64,000 nucleotides of DNA, taken from positions 1-64,000 of the IMG/VR virus record IMGVR_UViG_3300037010_002844; one strand, written 5' to 3'. The notes beneath the pieces were generated by a model, which saw only the letters and a program-made list of their open reading frames with translations, had not been told where the DNA came from and did no database searches. This stretch comes from a virus. Of the stretch, positions 35,830-45,092 are shown one piece after another (position 1 is the first letter of the stretch; every line of letters starts with the position of its first letter). The translations under genes were made by a program, and so were the position numbers.

Positions 35830-36735
35830 TTAGGAACCCTTTCGGCCCGTCAGAAACATGAAGATCGCCCTGATGAATGCGAAGAACGTTGCCAAGAAAC
35901 CCGTCGGATTGCCAGGCACGATAGGTGCGGAAGGCACGGGCTTTGGAGGATCGGGAGACGGAGCGACTGGTTCAGGCGTGGGAGGCACGGGTTGTTCTTC
36001 CTGAGGAACTGGTGACGGAGGTGGCTCAGGTGCGGGCACCATGGGTACCGACTCTGGCTTCTTCAACTTGGACGCTTCGATCCAGTCGACCAGGTCGTTG
36101 GCTGCGCCCTGAGTAACATCGAGGTCAACGACGCTGCCGATGCCGTCGATTCGGAAGCCAGGCTTGCCGTCGGCCGCCACGTCTCCGCTCTTCTGCCAGA
36201 TGACCCAGCCTTTTGATTGCCAACACGGTGGAACCCACTTCGTTGGATCATTAACGTAGGCGGCCAACCAAAGATCGCGGGTGGCGAGGGCGGCCAGGGT
36301 CTCAGGTGCAGCACCCTTCATCTCTGCAATGATGATGGAGAGGCCCGTGTAGACGACCACGCGGCGCTCGAACAACTTTTCTAGATGTTCGATGCAGGCC
36401 AACACGTCCTTGGCATACTGGTCGCCTGTCTTGCTGGCGGGCCTCGTCTGCTCAACGTCGAGCATGGGAGGTAGGTCGCTGTCGTTGAGCGGGCCCACCG
36501 TCTTGAAGAAGTGTTCAGCCTGTATGATCGGATCAATCGAGGCGATGTAGAAGTGATACGCCCCACGCGGTAGACCCGCTTTGGGTAGCTCGGCCCAGTT
36601 ATATGCAAAGGAGGAATCGACGGTCTTATCACCGCCGCTCGCCTTTGCATATACGAAGTCAATCTTGCCCGTCGCCTTGACCTTTGCCCAGGCAGGCTTG
36701 CCTTGGGCGTAGGACACATCAATGCCTGTCGCCAT
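35830..36735 (-). CDS. GH25 lysozyme/endolysin with Pro-rich linker and C-terminal hydrophobic anchor
   Basis: GIDVSYAQGKPAWAKVKATGKIDFVYAKASGG...GAYHF is the GH25 signature. C-terminal PEPPPSPVPQEE linker plus TM-like tail FLATFFAFIRAIFMFL. Confidence 0.8.
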   Translation of the reverse strand: MATGIDVSYAQGKPAWAKVKATGKIDFVYAKASGGDKTVDSSFAYNWAELPKAGLPRGAYHFYIASIDPIIQAEHFFKTVGPLNDSDLPPMLDVEQTRPASKTGDQYAKDVLACIEHLEKLFERRVVVYTGLSIIIAEMKGAAPETLAALATRDLWLAAYVNDPTKWVPPCWQSKGWVIWQKSGDVAADGKPGFRIDGIGSVVDLDVTQGAANDLVDWIEASKLKKPESVPMVPAPEPPPSPVPQEEQPVPPTPEPVAPSPDPPKPVPSAPIVPGNPTGFLATFFAFIRAIFMFLTGRKGS

Positions 36736-36755
36736 GATCGATAACTAGGCGATGT

Positions 36756-37400
36756 TCAGGCCTTCTTGTTCTGCTCAACAATTCGCTTGAGCCTCCCCTC
36801 GACGTCGACGATCTGCCCAGCCGCACGTCGGGCGTCGATCTCGAAGGGGTTCGAGTAGTAAGGATCGCTGCCCGTGCACCCAAACTTGAGCGCTAGGTAG
36901 CTCAGTGCATAGACCAGCGGCTGAAAGACACCAAGACGCATGCACTGGTCAACGTGCTTCTGCTCGTGGGTCAGGATGACGGGCCTTGCGGCAGGCGTCT
37001 GCTTCAACACCACGACATTGCCAATGGTGTGACCCGCCCACTTCTTCCACAGGTTCAACAGCCACGTGGGAGCCTTGTCGGTCTTGACGACCCAGACTAG
37101 AGCATCACCAAAGACGCCGCACCAAGCGTACCAGCCCAACAGGTTGAACAGCAGAGCGTACACAAGGCCGAACACCGTCACCGGTGCCGACCAGATGTAA
37201 CCCAAGACCTTGAAGAATTTCGACATGAGCCACCTACCCTTCACGGATAGGTAGGCCCGGTCGTTCAGCCCTGCGAGATCTTCTTCAGTGAGTTGACGAT
37301 GACACCGGCCTGTGCCGGAGACCTTCTTCAACGACAGCCCAGTTGACGTCAGCGGGATCCCACCCGTGTTGGTCCATCTCGTCAGCCATCTCTGCTGCAA
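36756..37400 (-). CDS. membrane protein with HExxH metalloprotease motif
   Basis: TM helices (VLGYIWSAPVTVFGLVYALLF...) and ILTHEQKHVDQCM (HEQKH). Confidence 0.45.
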   Translation of the reverse strand: MQQRWLTRWTNTGGIPLTSTGLSLKKVSGTGRCHRQLTEEDLAGLNDRAYLSVKGRWLMSKFFKVLGYIWSAPVTVFGLVYALLFNLLGWYAWCGVFGDALVWVVKTDKAPTWLLNLWKKWAGHTIGNVVVLKQTPAARPVILTHEQKHVDQCMRLGVFQPLVYALSYLALKFGCTGSDPYYSNPFEIDARRAAGQIVDVEGRLKRIVEQNKKA

Positions 37401-37499
37401 GTTCGCTCATGTCATCGCTGATGACATTGGGGATCACCACCTCCTCAAACCACCACTACGTCTTGTTGACTGCGTAACCCGTCTCGCCACCCTTTGCCA

Positions 37500-38336
37500 T
37501 CAGCCTTCTCCCCACAGCGGTTCAAACGTCGCCACGAACTTGTCCCACGTCTTGTCCTTGAGCAGCGACTTGAAATCGTGTTGTTCGAACAACTTTCGCA
37601 GTGGCTCCCAATCCTTGGTCGGATGCGAGCACGACATCTCAAGGGCCTCATCATCGGACCAGGTGATGAACTTGATGAGTTCGTAGTTCCTTGAGAACGT
37701 ATCACCTATAACCGAATCGCACAGCAGTAGGTCAGACAGCGCCTCAGGGTCATTGACGATGCGATCAGCGGCCCCGTCAGTGATGATGCCCGGGATGTTA
37801 TCGCTGGGGTCGCCGCGCAAAGCCTTCCAGGTGACGTAATCGTAGTCGGGTACCTCAACGAACTCCTTTTTCATTGGGTTATAGAGGCTAACGTTCGGGA
37901 ACTCGTTCAACAACTGCGTGAAATCCGAATCATTAGATGCCACGACCCACGGGACCGCAGAGCTAGAGCGCTTGATGAGATTGTAGATGGTATCGTCGCA
38001 CTCGTAGTGTGGGTGGCGCACCACAGAGACCGGAAAGTGCTGGCTCAGGTGATCCACGATCACGTGGACTTGCTCGAAGAACTTCACAAGCTCATCGTGC
38101 TCGGGAGTCCCGGGCTCTACCACGCGGTTGGCCTTGTACTCCGGTAGGATGTCCTTACGCTGTTGCGGATGACCCTCCAGGACGAAGTAGACACGGGTCG
38201 GCTTATGGAGTTCGACCTGTGCCCGAAAGTTTCGCATGAAGTTGAAGATGACGGGTGCGGACCCCAACTGCCAACCGCTCCGAGCGCGGTGGAGGAAGTT
38301 CATGCCGTCAATGCAAAGAATCTTTGGATTGCCCAT
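37500..38336 (-). CDS. 5'-3' exonuclease / flap endonuclease (T4 RNase H-like)
   Basis: KILCIDGMNFLHRA, YKANR, ECDDTIYNL and SNDSDFTQLL are the FEN/5'-3' exonuclease motifs. Confidence 0.8.
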   Translation of the reverse strand: MGNPKILCIDGMNFLHRARSGWQLGSAPVIFNFMRNFRAQVELHKPTRVYFVLEGHPQQRKDILPEYKANRVVEPGTPEHDELVKFFEQVHVIVDHLSQHFPVSVVRHPHYECDDTIYNLIKRSSSAVPWVVASNDSDFTQLLNEFPNVSLYNPMKKEFVEVPDYDYVTWKALRGDPSDNIPGIITDGAADRIVNDPEALSDLLLCDSVIGDTFSRNYELIKFITWSDDEALEMSCSHPTKDWEPLRKLFEQHDFKSLLKDKTWDKFVATFEPLWGEG

Positions 38337-38613
38337 GATTGACTCTACCACTCTGACAGGTGAATTTCACAGCAATAGCTCAAGTCCCTCGTAGACCGGC
38401 GTCGTAGTGATCTTCGATAATGTCGGCCACCTTATCGAAAATCCGTTCTTGTGCCATGGTCTCAGTCTACCTATCAAGGGTCAAAGATTGCGCTGTGGCC
38501 CAAATGAGCCCACGGATCACGAGAATGACCCAAAAAGAGGAGGTGGTTTCCCCTTCTTGGGCCGTGCAGGCACTCACGTGGGTCACGCGGGGGCCGAGTT
38601 TGGGCCACAGGAA

Positions 38614-39789
38614 TCAGCCCGAGCCACTGGTGGCGGCCAAGATGATGCCGAGCATCGACCAATCGATAAAGACTTTGCCGGCGACGAGGTCATCGAGGTC
38701 GTACACCTCCACGTAAGTCAACTCAGTATCGTTGGCGATCCCGTGAGTGACGCCGGAACTGTGTTCGTCCTCCAGGCGATTCATTTCAAGTGCTGTCAAC
38801 TCAACAGCGTAGACCACGCCATGATGGGTCGACAGGGCAGCACACATCTGCCGCGAGCCCACGTAACGTAGCCGCGTGGGATCAATATTGATGCCCATCT
38901 CTTCTTCCAACTCGTGGGCCGCCACCACGCGGGCATCCTGACTCAACTTCAGCGAACTACCACCAGGAGCCTCATATACGAAGCCTGCATTGTTGCGAAC
39001 AGAGCTGCGGAACTCCTTGACAAGGGCGACCCTCGTCCCAAGGACATCGGAGTCCGGCCTGTGATACGCCACCACGACGAAGACGTCCGGCCGCGAGAAG
39101 ATGAACTCGTTGGTCTTGTTGCGTTTCTCGGCCGCCACATAGACATCAACCTTCAAGGCATAGCAGAAGGTCACTGCTTTGTTGGGCCCAATGCGGAACG
39201 ACCACAGCAACTGTGCGCCGTCTAAACGATTACCAACAGCCCTCTGGGCCGCGTGCCACGAGCGGAACGCAGGCTGGTGCCAGATATGCAGTGGAACTGA
39301 ACGTTCCCCGCCGAATCGAAGTGCCTTGTGCTTCGTCCTCTCGAGTGCCTGCAGCAGCGTGTTCTGGAGCGTGCTCTCTACTGGGACGCCCTCGAGACGA
39401 GCACGGTGCGCCAGGTAGCGCATGTTATAGGCCTCGGGCGGGTAACCCAGGACCGTCTTTCCGGCATCATAGTACATACCGAACTCGACGTTCGTCGTCA
39501 GGGCAGGTGCCACCTGCATGTCGCGAGGAACCCAGAAGACGACCACGTCGCTCATGTCGAGGTGTTTCTTTTCCCATTCGACCTGATGATCGAAGCCGCA
39601 GTTCCACTTACCATCGCGGGGCAGCGGCACGAAGACGACGCCATCATAGCCCATCTCTTCGAGGAGCTTAAGGGCATCCGGTCGCCAATTCAAATGCGCA
39701 TCAGAACGGGGAGAAGGCCCCGCCAAAAAGATGGACTTCTCAAACGAAGCCGGCGCCTCTTCGGCTGCATAGACGATCTGCATGTTCAT
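38614..39789 (-). CDS. nucleoside 2-deoxyribosyltransferase-like (DRTase/Rcl-like) domain fused to Nudix hydrolase
   Basis: N-terminus SIFLAGPSP...DGVVFVP has a DRTase-like Rossmann signature. C-terminus carries the Nudix box GGSSLKLSQDARVVAAHELEEEMGI. Confidence 0.55.
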   Translation of the reverse strand: MNMQIVYAAEEAPASFEKSIFLAGPSPRSDAHLNWRPDALKLLEEMGYDGVVFVPLPRDGKWNCGFDHQVEWEKKHLDMSDVVVFWVPRDMQVAPALTTNVEFGMYYDAGKTVLGYPPEAYNMRYLAHRARLEGVPVESTLQNTLLQALERTKHKALRFGGERSVPLHIWHQPAFRSWHAAQRAVGNRLDGAQLLWSFRIGPNKAVTFCYALKVDVYVAAEKRNKTNEFIFSRPDVFVVVAYHRPDSDVLGTRVALVKEFRSSVRNNAGFVYEAPGGSSLKLSQDARVVAAHELEEEMGINIDPTRLRYVGSRQMCAALSTHHGVVYAVELTALEMNRLEDEHSSGVTHGIANDTELTYVEVYDLDDLVAGKVFIDWSMLGIILAATSGSG

Positions 39790-40305
39790 TCCTCAGTTGA
39801 CAGGTAACGCTTGATGTACTCCGAATGAGATGCACAAAATTCGATCTTGAGTTCTGGCAATTAAATTGCATGTCTTTCGTGATTCTGGCAATGATTTTCA
39901 CGATTTGCTCAATGTGATGAGCATCTAAACGTGTCGTCACCATACATTTGACACACTTCAAATTGTCTCGCTCAAGCACACGTGAAAACCAGTGATGCCT
40001 TATCTGACACAACTTTTACTCGTCGTGTGACAGAACTCCTACTGCCCTTCCACGCTGTGGCACTTGGGCCCAACTTACCAGTTCGTGACCGTAATATCCT
40101 CTCTCACGAGTTTCAACACTGTGCGCTCTATCCAACATGCCATTCTTGGCGCCAAACATATTACGACGTTTGATCGCTTCGTAGTACGCTTCTGACGAAC
40201 GCATCGATTGACTGTGTTTATCTTTGATGGCTTGATCTGACCAATGCGCTGAGTTGTTATGAGGTCGACACGTACAACATCGATAGTGTCCGTTACGTCA
40301 TACAT
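39740..40305 (-). mobile_element. HNH homing-endonuclease gene, possibly frame-disrupted, inside an AT-rich island (about 39790-40440)
   Basis: CVKC...LDAHHIEQ is an HNH motif. Three overlapping reading frames are needed to cover the region. Local GC is far below the window average. Confidence 0.55.
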
Positions 40306-40411
40306 TCCCTTCGTACGTATTCAACCACACTGTGTTAGGTTGACCACACTCATCGCATGGAATTGTGACTCTACGATCATCTTTCATGATGATACGCATT
40401 CAATCGTCACA

Positions 40412-40699
40412 TCACTGTCCATTCAACATTCGGGCGCACAGCGCTTCAAGGGTCCTCGCCGTCTCACGGAGGTCATTTAGGACCGCCAGCTGACACTGGC
40501 TGATCAGGACCTTGCGAACGGACTTCCGCCGATGTGAAGGTGCCAGGGCAACGCGGAGGCCGATGATCATCGTCCGTTTCTTGACCTCGAGTACCTCGTA
40601 GATGGCGCCTTTGGTCTTACAGGTGACCAGTTGACCTTTGAGAAAGTTCATCTTAGACATGTTGCAATCTGTGATCTGACTCGAGCGTGAACTTTTCAC
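40412..40699 (-). CDS. small SH3/KOW-like family protein
   Basis: LKGQLVTCKTKGAIYEVLEV. Confidence 0.35.
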   Translation of the reverse strand: MKSSRSSQITDCNMSKMNFLKGQLVTCKTKGAIYEVLEVKKRTMIIGLRVALAPSHRRKSVRKVLISQCQLAVLNDLRETARTLEALCARMLNGQ

Positions 40700-40800
40700 C
40701 GTGCCACGGGCCCATCCACATCACGCGAAGTTGCGTGATTGCATAAAGGGGACCGCAGAAAATTTATAAACCAACCCATACCCTGATGGGCTGTCAGGGT

Positions 40801-41385
40801 TCACAAGGTACCGCGGAATGTCCTGAAGGCCCTGTCACAGACGAAGGTGAAGATACCGAAGTTAGTCTGCATGTAGCAGTGGTGCACGTAGTGCAGTTCG
40901 TTCATGCGCTTGTATCCCGGCAAGACGCGGGCGAGCCAATGGTTACGCACGTGGAACGAATCGTGAATGTAGTCGTTCAAAAATCCAATCAGCAACGAGG
41001 CGCCCACCATCGCCAACGCAGTGGGCCAGGCCACCAGAGAAAGGAACGTGAGCGCCAGGGGCGCGAGCACGAGCGGGCTGCCCAAAACTAGGAACGGAAA
41101 GACCGTCGAATCCTTGCCGGGATCGCGGTAGACGTCCGACATGTAATCCTCGGGTGGATACAACTTGACGTGGTGCGTCATGTGCCCGCGGTAGAGCCTA
41201 CCCGACCAACGCTGGTGAATGGCCCAGTGAAGCACGTGACCGAACACCATCGTAACGAACATCATCAACGCAACAAAAAAGAACGTTAGCATCAGTTGAT
41301 CTATCCCTTCTTCTCGAGGTCTTCCTTCTCGAGTTGGGCCAAAGAAATGTTTCCCGTGTTCCAGGTGCAACCAGTGACCTTGCAA
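40801..41385 (-). CDS. fatty-acid hydroxylase/sterol desaturase-superfamily membrane protein
   Basis: His boxes HVLHWAIHQRW, HMTHHVKLY and HYVHHCY. Multiple TM segments. Confidence 0.5.
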   Translation of the reverse strand: MQGHWLHLEHGKHFFGPTREGRPREEGIDQLMLTFFFVALMMFVTMVFGHVLHWAIHQRWSGRLYRGHMTHHVKLYPPEDYMSDVYRDPGKDSTVFPFLVLGSPLVLAPLALTFLSLVAWPTALAMVGASLLIGFLNDYIHDSFHVRNHWLARVLPGYKRMNELHYVHHCYMQTNFGIFTFVCDRAFRTFRGTL

Positions 41386-41513
41386 ACGACGATCGAGTAA
41401 ATCTGGATCTTGAGGACCTTGATGACGTCCATGACCTCATCGTGAATTCCAGTGGGGGTACGCCGCCTCTTCCTTCGGCGTCTCCATGGCCCTTTCGGTA
41501 ACTAAAAGCCGAT

Positions 41514-41807
41514 TCACTTCCCATGAAGAAGCTTGACGTAGTTTCGAGCCCAGGCCAACGGGTTGAACAGAAAGACGCCGTACTCCTCGGGAGTCATGCC
41601 TAGGTGTTGCCAAACGGTGACGCCTTGGCGATCGTTGCGCAGCAACCAGGCAGCCAACTCATCATCGACTGCATCAAGGATGATTTGAGCTCGATAATCG
41701 AGATCAGTCAGGCGCTCGAGCTGCGTGTGTTGTGTTATATCCATCACTTCACCGGACAGTTCATACACGCCACGTCCTTGCGAGCATTGTTGACCGTGTA
41801 GTAGCAA
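41514..41807 (-). CDS. hypothetical protein (97 aa)
   Basis: ORF only. Confidence 0.35.
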   Translation of the reverse strand: MLLHGQQCSQGRGVYELSGEVMDITQHTQLERLTDLDYRAQIILDAVDDELAAWLLRNDRQGVTVWQHLGMTPEEYGVFLFNPLAWARNYVKLLHGK

Positions 41808-41823
41808 TTTTCGATGTCGTACA

Positions 41824-42179
41824 TCAACGGCCTCCCACCGGGATAACGCGAGCCACGCGGCAGCCCGAGTTAATGGTCAGCGAGGCTGCACATTCGATGG
41901 GCACGATTGAGATCGTACCGTCCTTGCCCGCCGTGCTCAGCGAACAGGAAACGTACCCGTCAACGTTGGAATCGACGTTGACACATGAGACGCCCTTGAC
42001 GTCGAGGCCCATCTCTTGGCCCCACTTGCCGGCCTCGTTGACCGCTTTCTTGTGATCCATGCCAGTGACGTCAGTGCAGCCCCTGCCGACCATCGCAACG
42101 ATAATCGCGAGGACGATGGCGACCACGGCGACCAAGATCATGAGCTCGACGAGAGCGTGTCCCCGTTTGTTCTTCATTG
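41824..42179 (-). CDS. type IV pilin/pseudopilin-like protein
   Basis: AGGAGA RBS, then MKNKRGHALVELMILVAVVAIVLAIIVAMV. This is a class III (prepilin) signal: G-H-A-L-V-E plus hydrophobic helix. Confidence 0.45.
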
Positions 42180-42362
42180 ATTTTCTCCTGACTCGTTCTT
42201 TGCGAATTGTGATCATTGCAGCCCTTCGCCACGCCGTCAATGATGCAGGCGACGATGAGCGCCTCGGATGACGAAGAGCCCCGAGAGCGGGTGCGGATGT
42301 TCATGTTCTATGAGTACCACGTTAGGGTCATGGTTTGCACCAGCGCGGAATACTTACTTCGC

Positions 42363-42866
42363 ATGAAGCTTACCGCTAAACAGTTGCGCAATATCATTCG
42401 TGAGACAATTGATGAAGTCTCAGACGCCGAGAGTGACTGGGAACGCCTCGAGGCTTTGAAGAATCAGGGCGCTGCCTCATTGAAATCAGTTGTGGAAGCT
42501 TGCAATGAAGTCGGCATTGATGATGCCGCACTTGCGAAGATGCGGGCGACTCGCAATGGTTACAATCAGTTTTTCTTCACCTTTGTCAAGGCCAAGGGTC
42601 AATCTTGGACTAGCGCAAGGGCACACAGCCTCTATGACTTTTTCCACAGTCAGACTACTCTTACAGAGGCGGAATCATTGGCGGCGGAGTATGCCGACTT
42701 GTCGTCGAGGTTCATTCACGGAAATGACCCAGACGCAAACTCAGGTGATCCCTACTACCGCAGCGGTGGAATGACGACGCACAAGCCCAGTGGCAAGACG
42801 AGCTCGTGGCGTGAGGATTATCGTTCGCCGAGCACGTACCGCGATCGCAAGCGTGTCTGGCGTTGA
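42363..42866 (+). CDS. N-terminal targeting-motif family protein
   Basis: MKLTAKQLRNIIRETIDEVSD at the internal Met of ORF 42216..42866. Confidence 0.45.
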   Translation: MKLTAKQLRNIIRETIDEVSDAESDWERLEALKNQGAASLKSVVEACNEVGIDDAALAKMRATRNGYNQFFFTFVKAKGQSWTSARAHSLYDFFHSQTTLTEAESLAAEYADLSSRFIHGNDPDANSGDPYYRSGGMTTHKPSGKTSSWREDYRSPSTYRDRKRVWR

Positions 42867-42935
42867 TTATCACTTCTTGTTTTGCTTACGCGGAGCATTA
42901 AGTTTACGCCGAACCTTACGAAGATCGTCGGCGGC

Positions 42936-43298
42936 TTACTGTTCCTTACGCTCAAGCTCGCGGAGCAGCACATTCTCTCGCATTTCGTCAGTGATCCAGG
43001 ATTCCCTGGAGCCATTTTCGGCCTCGTACTGCACTATACCAACTTCGTACATCTTCCAGGGCGAAATCCGAGCTTCCTTGCAGCGCTGCCACCAGGTGAC
43101 CAACGCATACAGTCCATGATCGAACGCGTAACGCTGCACGTCCTCGGTCAACATGTTGATTTCACCACGTTGACGGACGTACTCGTACTCCAGGATCTCT
43201 TCCCAGGTTGGGAGGCACAAAATGGTGTTGTTCCACTTGACGACCTCGGCGTAAACGCCGAACTCAGGATCGCCTGGCTTGGTGCGTTCCCGTTCCAT
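42936..43298 (-). CDS. hypothetical protein (120 aa)
   Basis: ORF only. Confidence 0.4.
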   Translation of the reverse strand: MERERTKPGDPEFGVYAEVVKWNNTILCLPTWEEILEYEYVRQRGEINMLTEDVQRYAFDHGLYALVTWWQRCKEARISPWKMYEVGIVQYEAENGSRESWITDEMRENVLLRELERKEQ

Positions 43299-43333
43299 GC
43301 CTCGAGTCTACCTTGTGAGTAGGCAGAGGTTCA

Positions 43334-43591
43334 CTACTTCTGCTTTGCCAATTTCACGAAGACATCATAAGGGATCATCTTCAGTGCCTTGACGGCCATA
43401 TCGACGGTCTTGAAGTATTCAACAAGGTCTTTTTCATCCTTGATGTCACCCTTCATCACTGCCTCGATGACGCGGTCCTGCAAGTCCTCGCGAATACGCT
43501 CCTTTTTCATGTAGTCCTCAGAGGCAGAGATCGCCTCGCGGATCAGGCTGCGCAGCCTCGACAATGACAGCTTCATCCGAGTAAGTATCAA
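43334..43591 (-). CDS. N-terminal targeting-motif family protein (85 aa)
   Basis: MKLSLSRLRSLIREAISASEDY. Confidence 0.45.
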   Translation of the reverse strand: MILTRMKLSLSRLRSLIREAISASEDYMKKERIREDLQDRVIEAVMKGDIKDEKDLVEYFKTVDMAVKALKMIPYDVFVKLAKQK

Positions 43592-44049
43592 TCCTTCAGG
43601 ACATCAGGCAGCTTCACTCGAGCAACGATACCATCGCCGAGGTCAATCGCGGGATCAGCAGACGCCGGCCGTGGTGTGTCTTGACCGACAGCCTCGTGGG
43701 CCGAGGGCTTCTTCAACGCATCGATGATGTTATCATCTGAGCTGCCTTCGAATGCACCCGGGTACCATTCTTCCGCCTTCTTCGTCGCTGACTCAACGAG
43801 TCGAGCAACGGACTTGATGGCACGGTCGGTCAGCACTGTCTTGGCACGGACAGCACTTTCGTAGATCTCGCCTTTGATTTCCTTGAGCTTGATCGTCTTG
43901 CTCTCAGTCGCACTGCCAGCGCGGAGAACGTAATCGACCTCCGTGCCGTTTAGCGTCTTTTTGGTCAACTCTTCAACGACCTGCATTGGATAAATGATGG
44001 CCTGTTGGGATGGGACCACGTACAGGATTTGTCCAACCTTGAGGTTCAT
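43588..44049 (-). CDS. hypothetical protein (153 aa)
   Basis: ORF, ATGA-coupled. Confidence 0.4.
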   Translation of the reverse strand: MNLKVGQILYVVPSQQAIIYPMQVVEELTKKTLNGTEVDYVLRAGSATESKTIKLKEIKGEIYESAVRAKTVLTDRAIKSVARLVESATKKAEEWYPGAFEGSSDDNIIDALKKPSAHEAVGQDTPRPASADPAIDLGDGIVARVKLPDVLKD

Positions 44050-44456
44050 GCCTCGGAATCCTTCCCGCCAAAGATGCGATCAGGATCTTCGGGCTCACAA
44101 TGCGGCCTGTGATGCGTTCCGCACTCTGGACATGGGCCTTCAGGCTCAGCAACAGGCATCGGCTCGTGAGCCAACTGGAAGACGCCCATCGGGGGCGGCG
44201 CTGACGGGGCCACAATGTAGTCGGGTGCCTCTTCTCCGAGAGGCAGCCCAGCTTCTTCGCAGGCCTCGCTAATCTTTCGCCACAGGTACGTCTCGATCAT
44301 GGGTCGACCCTCAAGTGCTGCCAGTGCCTGCGACAGCGTCTGCTTCCCGTCCGGGGGCAACGTCACAGACATCAAGTCGCGGAGGTGTAGCAGCTCGAAT
44401 CGAGTAAATCTGATTGGATGCGTCTTGCGACGCTTGATCTCAGGTTTGTCAGTCAC
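44046..44456 (-). CDS. hypothetical protein with C-terminal Cys/His cluster (136 aa)
   Basis: CPECGTHHRPHC. Confidence 0.35.
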   Translation of the reverse strand: MTDKPEIKRRKTHPIRFTRFELLHLRDLMSVTLPPDGKQTLSQALAALEGRPMIETYLWRKISEACEEAGLPLGEEAPDYIVAPSAPPPMGVFQLAHEPMPVAEPEGPCPECGTHHRPHCEPEDPDRIFGGKDSEA

Positions 44457-44752
44457 GGCTGCTCCTTGGTTCTCTCGAACTTGATCAGACGATTGCCTTC
44501 AAATCTTGCAACAATGAAGCCCCAACTCTCACGAGGGCCAGAATCGATTGTTCCCACGATACCATTCAACTGGCCAAGAAATCCCAAAAGACCAGTTGGG
44601 CACTGGATTGATTTGTGATTTAGCGTGGCCTTCGAGGAGATAGGCGTCTTTCCGTACAGGATGAGACGTCCAACATCCTGGGCAACGTCAGGGTCAACGA
44701 CAATGTCATTGAGACGCTCGATCACTTCATCAGCAAACGCTCGATCGTCCAT
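44453..44752 (-). CDS. hypothetical protein (99 aa)
   Basis: ORF only. Confidence 0.35.
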   Translation of the reverse strand: MDDRAFADEVIERLNDIVVDPDVAQDVGRLILYGKTPISSKATLNHKSIQCPTGLLGFLGQLNGIVGTIDSGPRESWGFIVARFEGNRLIKFERTKEQP

Positions 44753-44766
44753 GTAACAATCCTACA

Positions 44767-45060
44767 TCACTGAGCAGGATCAGTCAATGCCTCGATGAAC
44801 AAGTCGAACGTATCTTTGTGCGCCACGCCACGCTGAATCTGGACGACACGGAGGGCAGCCGTCAGCGTCTTCATGTCGAGCTTTTCTGCGTACTCCTCGA
44901 TGATTTCCTTGCGGTCCTCCTTGAGGAGGTCGATCTCGTTGTCGACATTGTTGATCTTGCCGATGAACTCCTTGACGAGGGCGCGTAGGGCGTTAACCTC
45001 ATCCGGCATCATCTCGCCGATGTTATACTGTTTCTCAGGACCCTTGCTTCGCTTTGCCAT
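44767..45060 (-). CDS. hypothetical coiled-coil protein (97 aa)
   Basis: ORF only. Confidence 0.35.
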   Translation of the reverse strand: MAKRSKGPEKQYNIGEMMPDEVNALRALVKEFIGKINNVDNEIDLLKEDRKEIIEEYAEKLDMKTLTAALRVVQIQRGVAHKDTFDLFIEALTDPAQ

Positions 45061-45092
45061 GTTCTGAAAGATACTACACGTGAACTCAGTGT

